Assembly: GCA_963750735.1 (NCBI GenBank)
Contig: CAVVRY010000014.1
Coordinates: 74,571 to 138,570 of the forward strand
Direction: 5' to 3'
Origin: an uncultured Bacteroidales bacterium
Lineage (GTDB): Bacteria; Bacteroidota; Bacteroidia; Bacteroidales; VadinHA17
Length of the DNA stretch: 64,000 bases
Shown here: positions 46,546 through 55,817 of the stretch, one piece after another
Numbering within the stretch: the first letter of the stretch is position 1
Layout: every line of letters starts with the position of its first letter
Notes under the pieces: model-generated
What the model was told of the DNA's origin: nothing
Database searches by the model: none
Seen by the model: the letters and a program-made list of their open reading frames with translations, nothing else
Translations under genes and position numbers: made by a program

Positions 46546-47580
46546 ATGAAAGCATTTAGGCTGACCGGAATAAATAAAATGGAATTACTTAGGGTTCCGG
46601 ATCCAAAGATCAGCTCTGATACCGACGTTTTAATTCGGATGAAAACTGTCGGGGTCTGTGGTTCAGATATACATTATTACAATACCGGTCGAATTGGGAA
46701 TCAGGTTGTAAAATATCCTTTTACTGTTGGACATGAAGGGGCTGGTGAAGTTTTAAGTACGGGTGATAAAGTCTCAAAAGTAAAACCCGGAGATATGGTT
46801 GCTATTGATCCTGCAATGCCTTGTTATGATTGTGATCAATGCAAATTGGGTCGAACACATACTTGTAGAAACCTAAAATTTCTTGGAAATCCAGGCCAGG
46901 CCGAGGGCTGCCTATCCGAATATATTGTGATGCCAGAGAAAAGTCTGTTCCCCATTTCAAATTCTATAGGTTATGATGGCGCAACACTCTCTGAACCGCT
47001 TTCAATAGGCCATTATGCTGTTGTACAATCACAGATTAAACCAGATTCAAAAATTGCTATACTGGGTTATGGCCCAATCGGAATGAGTGTTTTTATATCA
47101 GCACAACATACCGGAAATAGTTCCATCTATGTTACGGATAAAATTAATGAAAGACTAAATATTGCCAATTCTAATGGCTCCAATTGGTCTGGCAACCCGT
47201 TAACATCTGATATCTGTAAAAAGATAGAAGAAATGGAACCTCAACTACTTGATATTGTATATGAATGCTGCGGGCAGCAAGAAGCCATTGATCAAGCCAT
47301 TGAGATTCTAAAGCCAGGGGGGAAACTAATGATTATTGGCATCCCAGAATTTGATAGATGGTCGTTTAGCGTTGACAAGCTAAGGCACAAAGAAATCACA
47401 ATTATTAATGTTAGGAGACAAAACGAAAATGTTCAAACTGTTTTAGACCTTATGGAAAGCGGCTCCATTCATGTTATGGATATGATAACGCACAGGTTCC
47501 CCTTTTCAAGGACTGAAGAAGCATTTAACCTTGTTTCAGATTATAGGGATGGGGTAATGAAAGCTATGATTGATTTTTAA
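46546..47580 (+). CDS. Zinc-dependent medium-chain alcohol/polyol dehydrogenase (sorbitol/threonine dehydrogenase-like)
   Basis: 344 aa. Motifs are GVCGSDIHYY, GHEGAGEV, the structural-Zn Cys cluster CYDCDQCKLGRTHTC, and the Rossmann motif ILGYGPIG. Confidence 0.85.
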   Translation: MKAFRLTGINKMELLRVPDPKISSDTDVLIRMKTVGVCGSDIHYYNTGRIGNQVVKYPFTVGHEGAGEVLSTGDKVSKVKPGDMVAIDPAMPCYDCDQCKLGRTHTCRNLKFLGNPGQAEGCLSEYIVMPEKSLFPISNSIGYDGATLSEPLSIGHYAVVQSQIKPDSKIAILGYGPIGMSVFISAQHTGNSSIYVTDKINERLNIANSNGSNWSGNPLTSDICKKIEEMEPQLLDIVYECCGQQEAIDQAIEILKPGGKLMIIGIPEFDRWSFSVDKLRHKEITIINVRRQNENVQTVLDLMESGSIHVMDMITHRFPFSRTEEAFNLVSDYRDGVMKAMIDF

Positions 47581-47658
47581 ATATGATTGTGATCCCTTCT
47601 CATAAATAATTAATAATTTCACTTTCTTAATTATTCACTCACCACAACCAATCAAAAA

Positions 47659-48072
47659 ATGAAAATTGCAGTAGTTACATTAAATGGGGAAGCCATCAGT
47701 CAACATTTTGGCAGATCACCCTACCTGAAAATCTTCGAAATTCAAGATAATGAAATAGTAGCAGAAGAACTAAGGGAAAGAAAAACAGGGCATTTTGCCC
47801 CAAATTCTGCCCACATTCATCATGAACAGGATCACGGGTCACATCATGGGCATGGCCTGGATAAGCACTCACAGCAAAAACATAAAGCTATGGCAGAAGA
47901 AATTGCCGATTGTGATATACTAATTGCCGGGGGAATGGGTATGGGTGCTTATGAAAATTTCAAATCTGCCGGGTTGGAAGTAATCATGACTGACGAGAGT
48001 GTAGTTTTGGAGGCTGTTCAAAAATACCTGTCAGGTAATCTCATAAACCTTAAACAACAGCGGACACATTAG
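47659..48072 (+). CDS. NifB/NifX-family (dinitrogenase FeMo-cofactor-binding fold) protein with His-rich insert
   Basis: 137 aa. Motifs are MKIAVVTLNGEAISQHFGRSPYLKIFE and DILIAGGMGMGAYENFKSAGLEV. The His-rich insert is HIHHEQDHGSHHGHGLDKH. Confidence 0.7.
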   Translation: MKIAVVTLNGEAISQHFGRSPYLKIFEIQDNEIVAEELRERKTGHFAPNSAHIHHEQDHGSHHGHGLDKHSQQKHKAMAEEIADCDILIAGGMGMGAYENFKSAGLEVIMTDESVVLEAVQKYLSGNLINLKQQRTH

Positions 48073-48082
48073 ACAGTTGTAA

Positions 48083-48111
48083 GAAAAAAAGGGATGTCTA
48101 AGAGACATCCC
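48083..48111 (-). terminator. Rho-independent terminator after eno
   Basis: The stem gggatgtct/agacatccc (48091-48111) is followed by a T8 run on the minus strand. It lies between the convergent nifX-like and eno genes. Confidence 0.75.
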
Positions 48112-48143
48112 TTCATTAATTTATGCCATTTGCTAAAGACCTT

Positions 48144-49430
<1,287 letters not shown>

Positions 49431-49609
49431 TTATAAATTTTAAAAGATATTAAACTACTTACTCTAAAGTCGATATTAGTATTAAAATGATCCCAAAATT
49501 AATCAAAATATTGATAGCATTTTGAAGATTTTTGTCAGTTTCTTGCTCTAATTATTTCATTGTACTATGTTTACACAATATCAATTTTCAAAGTCAAGAA
49601 TTAAAAAAT

Positions 49610-50029
49610 ATGAAAATACTGATTTTATGTACCGGGAATTCTTGTCGAAGTCAGATGGCAGAAGGATTTTTACAATTTTTTGACCCTGAACTTATAGTTT
49701 TTTCAGCAGGAACAAGCCCATCTTCAGAAGTTCATCCAAAAGCTGTTAAAGTAATGCAGGAAGTTGGTATTGATATAAGCACAAAACACCCAAAGGATGT
49801 GGATAATTTTATCAATGAAAAGTTTGATTACGTAATAACTGTATGCGGCCATGCAAAAGAGAATTGTCCGGTATTTATGGGTGATGTAGCCAACAGAATT
49901 CATATTGGATTTTATGATCCTGCAGAGGCAACAGGAACAGAAGATGAGATATTAAAAGTATTCAGAAATGTAAGAGATAAAATCAGTATTGATTTCCGAA
50001 ACTTCTACGCAAAAAATATAGTAAACTAA
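49610..50029 (+). CDS. arsC: Arsenate reductase, thioredoxin-coupled LMW-PTP type
   Basis: ~139 aa from ATG 49610. It has the P-loop CTGNSCRSQMAEG plus the Cys pair VCGHAKENC, equivalent to the C82/C89 relay of the pI258 ArsC type. The track ORF start at 49532 adds an implausible 26-aa extension. Confidence 0.75.
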   Translation: MKILILCTGNSCRSQMAEGFLQFFDPELIVFSAGTSPSSEVHPKAVKVMQEVGIDISTKHPKDVDNFINEKFDYVITVCGHAKENCPVFMGDVANRIHIGFYDPAEATGTEDEILKVFRNVRDKISIDFRNFYAKNIVN

Positions 50030-50077
50030 ATCACTTGTCTATAGACCCTAAATTCCCGAAAACTATCTAATAATCAA

Positions 50078-52450
50078 TTACTCATACCTAAGAGATGTGG
50101 CAGGATTTTGCATAGCTGCCTTATAAACCATGCTGCTAATTGTTGTTATAGCTACAATAAACATAATTGCTATCGACCAAATAAAAATGTCGGGAGTCAT
50201 ATCAAGAAAATGATCCCAGATGCTATCCAACAACATATCTGAAAGATAATATGCTCCAATACACCCAAGGAAAGAAGAAATTGCCAGTAATAATAAAAAC
50301 TTCTTGCTCAACAGTGCAATAATATTAAAAACGGGCGCGCCAAGTATCTTTCTTACTCCAATTTCTTTTGTTCTGCTAATTATACTTAATGAGGTCAGTG
50401 TGTATAGGCCTATCAATGAGAGGATTGTAGCTACTATGGCAAGAAAAACAAATAATTGCTTAATACTACGGTTAATTAGTTTTTCCTCCTCCAGGGTATC
50501 TTCCTGGAACCGACCAATAAAAGGGTAATTAGGTGCCAATTCCGTCCATTTCTCCCTACAATAATCCAATACATCAGGCAGATCTTCTGGATTAGCACGA
50601 ACGGCAATCGTAAAATACCTATCCTCTTTGGTTAATCTCATTATGCCTGGTTCAATTTCTCGCCACATTCCAGCTGCATAATAATCCGCCACCACACCTA
50701 TTACTGTCAGCCTGATTGTATCATAAATTGTAACAACATGCCCTATCGGATTATCCCAGCCAAAGGCTTCAACAAGTTTTTGATTTACTATTATGGAACC
50801 TAATCTATCAGCTTCAGCCCTCCCCTTTTCAAATAGTCTTCCATCAATAAGCCTAAGGCCCATGGTTTGAGCATATTCCGGCCCAATATCCATTACATCC
50901 ACTTCAATTTGCTGATTTTCATCCTTCAGGGGCCTTCGGTAATTCCCCCAACCAATATGCTCCTCTGTACCTGCTGCGGAGATTACTTTAGGATTTGTTA
51001 ATATTGCTTCCTTATACCGATCATGAATATCCGGCCCAGCTGGTACAACAATTAACATATCTCTATCATATCCAAGGTCTAAAGTTTCCTGATAAGTTGC
51101 ATTCCTGGCAAAAATAAATCCGGAACCAAGCGATACAACCGAAATAGTAAATTGGAATACCAGCAATATTTTTGATAAAGTGCCCGCACTACCGAGACTG
51201 GTCTTACCCCTAAAAATTACTATCGGATTAAGTGAACTAATGTAAAAAGCAGGATAAATACCTGCCAAAAATCCAGTGAAAAGCAACAATAAAAAGAGAA
51301 ATAACCAAAAGTTAAGGTATTCAGTAAAACTCAGCTGTATTGTCATATACTCCCACATACTACTGTATGCAGGTACTAGAAATTTAGCAATGCCAATTGC
51401 AACAAATAAACCAAGTAAGGTTATTAACATATTTTCAAGCATAAACTGAATAACCAGTTGCTTTTTATGTCCTCCGACGACTTTTCTGAGACCAATCTCC
51501 TTCAACCGACGATCGGCTGCAGCAATAGCAGTATTTGCAAAATTGAAGCAGGCTATCAATAAAATCAATATCGCCATTATTGGGGGCGAAACAACAGCTG
51601 CAGGGTGCATCCCGGGATACAAATTACTTGACCATATTTCCCGTGAATTATCCCCAACGTCTTTGAGGGGAACCAGACTGAATCCAGTAATAATAAAATC
51701 TTCTCTGGCTTTATTTTGAATTGGAATATACTTGTTAAGTGCCTGTTTAATACCTTCTAAATTTGATGGATCATTGACCTGAATAAATAAGACTCTTGAC
51801 CACAATTTCCAATCAGTATCATTGGTTTCCCACATCTTAAGGAAATTGTCAAAATGTGTGAGTACATCGATCCTAAAACTTGAATTCTGAGGTAAATCCT
51901 CAAAAACCCCGGCTACTGAATACACAAATTCATTATTTTGATCATTGAAAATCGATACGGATTTACCAATTGGATTTTCATCGCCAAAAAGAATTCCAGA
52001 GAGCTCCTTACAAATCAAAATATTTCCTTTATTCTCAATAGATTTATTTGAACCTGAAAGCAGGTTAACGGTGAACATATCGAGGAATTCGGGATCGACA
52101 TATGAAATATTCATATTAAAAGTCTCCAAATCAGCCTTTACAGGAGATCCTGAACGCAATAACCTCGCTACTTTCTCAATCCCAGGTATATCCTTCTTAA
52201 TTTCCATACCCATAGTGGCAGGTGTAAGGCCATATTCCTGGTCTCTTCCCTGCATATCACGATAGCTATTAACACGATATATTTTTTCGAAATTTTCATG
52301 GCTACGATCAAATTCAAACGCAAACATATGGTTAAAATAGGCCACTATACAAATGGCGAGAGCCAATCCTAAACCAAGGATATTTATCAAAGCAAACACC
52401 CTGTTTTTGAATAAGTTCCTGAAGGTTACTACCAAATAATTCTTAATCAT
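50078..52450 (-). CDS. ABC transporter permease, FtsX/MacB-like with two FtsX domains
   Basis: 790 aa. It has an N-terminal TM, a MacB-like periplasmic domain and a 4-TM FtsX module, and this arrangement is repeated. The signature is RTKEIGVRKILGA. No ATPase gene is adjacent. Confidence 0.85.
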   Translation of the reverse strand: MIKNYLVVTFRNLFKNRVFALINILGLGLALAICIVAYFNHMFAFEFDRSHENFEKIYRVNSYRDMQGRDQEYGLTPATMGMEIKKDIPGIEKVARLLRSGSPVKADLETFNMNISYVDPEFLDMFTVNLLSGSNKSIENKGNILICKELSGILFGDENPIGKSVSIFNDQNNEFVYSVAGVFEDLPQNSSFRIDVLTHFDNFLKMWETNDTDWKLWSRVLFIQVNDPSNLEGIKQALNKYIPIQNKAREDFIITGFSLVPLKDVGDNSREIWSSNLYPGMHPAAVVSPPIMAILILLIACFNFANTAIAAADRRLKEIGLRKVVGGHKKQLVIQFMLENMLITLLGLFVAIGIAKFLVPAYSSMWEYMTIQLSFTEYLNFWLFLFLLLLFTGFLAGIYPAFYISSLNPIVIFRGKTSLGSAGTLSKILLVFQFTISVVSLGSGFIFARNATYQETLDLGYDRDMLIVVPAGPDIHDRYKEAILTNPKVISAAGTEEHIGWGNYRRPLKDENQQIEVDVMDIGPEYAQTMGLRLIDGRLFEKGRAEADRLGSIIVNQKLVEAFGWDNPIGHVVTIYDTIRLTVIGVVADYYAAGMWREIEPGIMRLTKEDRYFTIAVRANPEDLPDVLDYCREKWTELAPNYPFIGRFQEDTLEEEKLINRSIKQLFVFLAIVATILSLIGLYTLTSLSIISRTKEIGVRKILGAPVFNIIALLSKKFLLLLAISSFLGCIGAYYLSDMLLDSIWDHFLDMTPDIFIWSIAIMFIVAITTISSMVYKAAMQNPATSLRYE

Positions 52451-52673
52451 TTATTTATCAAATAAATTCATTAATGATGATATGTAAAACAGAACCGCAT
52501 TAGTCAAAAATAATATCCATTGTGGATATTTGGTACAAAAATTGAGATATTTTGGTAATTACATGAAAAAAATGCTTTTAGGTGATTTTCTGGCTTGAAA
52601 TATAACGTTTCCAGACATTTAACGTACACCAATATAATGAATAAATTGGATTTAGTAGAAAATTAGAGTTTGC

Positions 52674-53465
52674 ATGTATTATAGAATTATGAAAATCCTT
52701 GCAAAACTAGGGTCCACCATATTATTTATAACTATGGTTGTATCATCTTCTTATTCTCAGGAATCAGTATCTATAACACGTCCAAAGCTTTCAATTAGAT
52801 ATGACACATTAAGAATCGAATATGATATTAATAATTGTAAGGAAGATGATTCTTTTGAAATCTGGATTGAAGCCAGTGATGCGGATGGTAATAAAATTGA
52901 ACCTGGGCAAACCGATGGTGATATAGGAGATAATATTCTTTGCGGCAACGAAAAAATAATTAATTGGGTTCTTTCGCCAGGGTTTATAAATTCAAACAAT
53001 GGATTATTTATCGCTGTAAATGGAACCCCTGCCCAACTAAGTATTCAACAACCAAACCTAAGTAAGACAAAATATATTTTGTCTTCAATTGCCTTTCCTG
53101 GAAGTGGATTATCAATGCTACACAAAGGAAAACCATACTGGATTATGGGCGTATTAGGATATGCCGGATTGGCAACTACAATTCATTTCAATAATAGAGC
53201 AGAGTTTATTAAGCAAACCAAACTCTATCCTGACATAGATAATCGTGATGAGTACAATGAACAATACCAGGAATATAAAAAGTACGCAAATATTGCAGCA
53301 ATTTCAACAGGTGTAATATGGGCAACTAATTTAATCTGGACTTTTACCTCAATACGGAAAGTTGAGATCCCTGGTTTGACTTCAAAAAATAGGAAAATAT
53401 ATATTGATCTGATTTATACACCTGAGATTACAGCTCCGGTTTTAGCCTTCAAACAAAAGTTTTAA
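52674..53465 (+). CDS. Hypothetical membrane protein (signal peptide, beta-rich ectodomain, two C-terminal TM helices)
   Basis: 263 aa. The hydrophobic segments are ILSSIAFPGSGLSML...WIMGVLGYAGLATTI and IAAISTGVIWATNLIWTF. I recognise no family. Confidence 0.5.
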   Translation: MYYRIMKILAKLGSTILFITMVVSSSYSQESVSITRPKLSIRYDTLRIEYDINNCKEDDSFEIWIEASDADGNKIEPGQTDGDIGDNILCGNEKIINWVLSPGFINSNNGLFIAVNGTPAQLSIQQPNLSKTKYILSSIAFPGSGLSMLHKGKPYWIMGVLGYAGLATTIHFNNRAEFIKQTKLYPDIDNRDEYNEQYQEYKKYANIAAISTGVIWATNLIWTFTSIRKVEIPGLTSKNRKIYIDLIYTPEITAPVLAFKQKF

Positions 53466-53466
53466 T

Positions 53467-53940
53467 ATGAAAAAATATAGATTAGTAGATTTACTCTTCT
53501 TTTGTATCCTGATACTTAATTTAGGTTACAATGGGCACGCTCAAGAGACTACAATTTCAAGCAAGGAGTCTTACATAAGTTTTTCCAATAATTTAGAAAC
53601 GAAAAGTACGATTGATACAAGCGGAATTGCAAACTTCACAATAATATATCCAAAATTCAACACCGATCTTGTTTATATAAGCGAATATGAAGTGATTAAT
53701 TTCATAGGCAAACTTCAAGATATTGAAAATATACAATCAGTTCTTCTAAATGACAAGAAAATAGAGTGGTCTAAAGATGGTCTTTTTGGAGAAATGCTCA
53801 ATTTAGAACTGGGGAATAACAAATTAAGTTTAAGGATAATATATTCCGATGGAAGTGCTAATGAAACCGATTTAATGATCAACTGCGTCAGTCGGAATGC
53901 ATTAGATAATAAAGGAACCGCTAAAAAGCTCCTTCCATAG
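53467..53940 (+). CDS. Hypothetical secreted protein
   Basis: 157 aa with a signal peptide. It starts 1 nt after the upstream stop, so it is probably co-transcribed. I recognise no family. Confidence 0.45.
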   Translation: MKKYRLVDLLFFCILILNLGYNGHAQETTISSKESYISFSNNLETKSTIDTSGIANFTIIYPKFNTDLVYISEYEVINFIGKLQDIENIQSVLLNDKKIEWSKDGLFGEMLNLELGNNKLSLRIIYSDGSANETDLMINCVSRNALDNKGTAKKLLP

Positions 53941-54218
53941 TATGATATATTCTTTTAGATTACCAATCTAAAGAGAATTCCATCGAATTTCCACTTAAGC
54001 ACCTAATTATCCAATTTCATTTATCACTATTCTCAATGTGTTAATTATATGCCAGGTGAATGGGAATATTCGTAAAGAATAATTCTAAATTAATCCATTA
54101 AAAGTCATTTTCCACCTGTATTCTTTTCATTTATAAGTAGGTAATTTATTTTTAGACATGTAAACTTTTAATATTCAAGGGAGTTATTGTTTTTAAAAAA
54201 AATCCAGAACCAAAAAAA

Positions 54219-55730
54219 ATGAATTGGAAAAAACTAATTATAACCTTGCTTCGGTGTTCCATTGGCTGGCATTTTATATATGAGGGATTTTCAAAATTAG
54301 CTGCTGAAAGCTGGACAGCCGTAAGTTTTTTATCAAATGCTACCGGACCTTTTTCGGGTTTTTACCACTGGCTTGGTTCCTCAGAAGCTATAATGAAAGT
54401 TATTGATCCGTTAAATATGTATGGATTAATATTAATTGGACTGGGATTATTTCTGGGCCTTGCAATCCGATATTCAGCCATTGGGGGAATCGTCCTACTT
54501 TCCTTGTATTACTTTGCTTATCCACCTTTTGGTGGTTCATTATTTGGTTCCGTTGAAGGCAATTTATACATAGTAAATAAAAACTTTGTTGAGGCATTTG
54601 CCTTGGTTGCACTCCTTTTCATAAAAGAAAAAGGGTTTGGTCTGTATGCTTTTAACATTTTTTCTGCGAAAAAGAAGAAGCTGGCAGGTGGAGAAATTGA
54701 AAATAAAAAATCAAATTCCCGAAGGGAAGCACTTAAAAATCTAGCTACAATTCCGGTTCTTGGATTTTTAGGCTGGGGTGCCATACGTGATCATAACAAA
54801 TTTGGATTTGATGCATTATCAGGAGCTACAATCACTATTGGTGCTGCAGATATCAGTGAATTAAAAGGAGAATTACCAACCGGTAAAATTGGTGAACATA
54901 CTATAAGTCGGATTATTATGGGAGGCAACCTGATTGGTGGATGGGCTCACTCACGTGACCTTATTTATGTACCTTCCCTTTTTCGGGCTTATAATACTGA
55001 AAGAAAAATATTTGAAACCTTAATGCTGGGTGAAAAGGCAGGGATTAATACCATAAATATAGGTTTCCCAACAAATGGTGTCATACAGAAATACAAGAAA
55101 ATTACCGGAAGTAAAATTAAGGTAATCTCACAGGTAGCACCTGATATGGAAAACAACGACTATTTTGTAAATATTAATAAAGCTATAGATTTTGGGGTTG
55201 ATATCGTTCAGGTGCAGGGAAACTGGTGTGACTGGTTGGTGCGAGATAACAGAATTGATGTAGTGGAAAAAATGATGGATAAAATCAGGAGCCAGGGATA
55301 TACTGCAGGATTGGCATCCCATACAGTTGATTCTTTAATTGCATGTGAGGAACAGGGCATTATTCCGGATTATTATATGAAAACCATGCACCATGATCAA
55401 TACTGGTCAGCTCATCCAATTGAAAATAGAGTTCCATTCGAAGTCGATGGTAAGAATTATCCCGATCACAATAAATTTCACAACAATATTTTTTGCTTAT
55501 TTCCCGATCGAACTGTTGAATTTGTTGAGCGGGCTAAGGTACCTGTAATGGGTTTCAAGGTACTCGCAGCCGGAGCTATAAAGCCTGAGGATGGATTCAA
55601 TTGGGCTTTCAAAAAAGGAGCCGACTTTATTTGTGTAGGTATGTTTGACTTCCAGGTTGTTAAAGATGTTAATACTACTATTGATGTGTTGAATGGCCTT
55701 GAGGGACGTACACGAAAATGGTATGGCTAA
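54219..55730 (+). CDS. DoxX-family membrane domain fused to an uncharacterised ~330-aa soluble domain via a twin-arginine-like motif
   Basis: 503 aa. Residues 1-150 have four TM helices with a DoxX-like start (LLRCSIGWHFIYEGFSKL). Residues 165-190 read NSRREALKNLATIPVLGFLGWGA. I do not recognise the remainder (...ISRIIMGGNLIGGWAHSRD...). Confidence 0.55.
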   Translation: MNWKKLIITLLRCSIGWHFIYEGFSKLAAESWTAVSFLSNATGPFSGFYHWLGSSEAIMKVIDPLNMYGLILIGLGLFLGLAIRYSAIGGIVLLSLYYFAYPPFGGSLFGSVEGNLYIVNKNFVEAFALVALLFIKEKGFGLYAFNIFSAKKKKLAGGEIENKKSNSRREALKNLATIPVLGFLGWGAIRDHNKFGFDALSGATITIGAADISELKGELPTGKIGEHTISRIIMGGNLIGGWAHSRDLIYVPSLFRAYNTERKIFETLMLGEKAGINTINIGFPTNGVIQKYKKITGSKIKVISQVAPDMENNDYFVNINKAIDFGVDIVQVQGNWCDWLVRDNRIDVVEKMMDKIRSQGYTAGLASHTVDSLIACEEQGIIPDYYMKTMHHDQYWSAHPIENRVPFEVDGKNYPDHNKFHNNIFCLFPDRTVEFVERAKVPVMGFKVLAAGAIKPEDGFNWAFKKGADFICVGMFDFQVVKDVNTTIDVLNGLEGRTRKWYG

Positions 55731-55817
55731 AAAGACTGCCCATATTAAACTGGCGGTTTTAAAATGGGTTATAGTTCTTTCGTTAATTTAATTTTAATCC
55801 TTAAATTTTCATTCGAA

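Noticed and set aside
49532-49609. 26-aa N-terminal extension of arsC from the track ORF start
   Set aside because: The extension (MSVSCSNYFIVLCLHNINFQSQELKN) has no counterpart in LMW-PTP-type ArsC, which begins a few residues before the CTGNSCRS P-loop. The ATG at 49610 gives the canonical MKILILCTGNSCRS start.
53467-54218. Idea that the 157-aa secreted protein is the N-terminal remnant of a caspase/CHAT-type protein whose catalytic domain was deleted
   Set aside because: It rests only on a vague resemblance of the C-terminal ...KGTAKKLLP to the start of caspase p20 domains. The 278-bp downstream region shows no readable remnants, so the evidence is insufficient.
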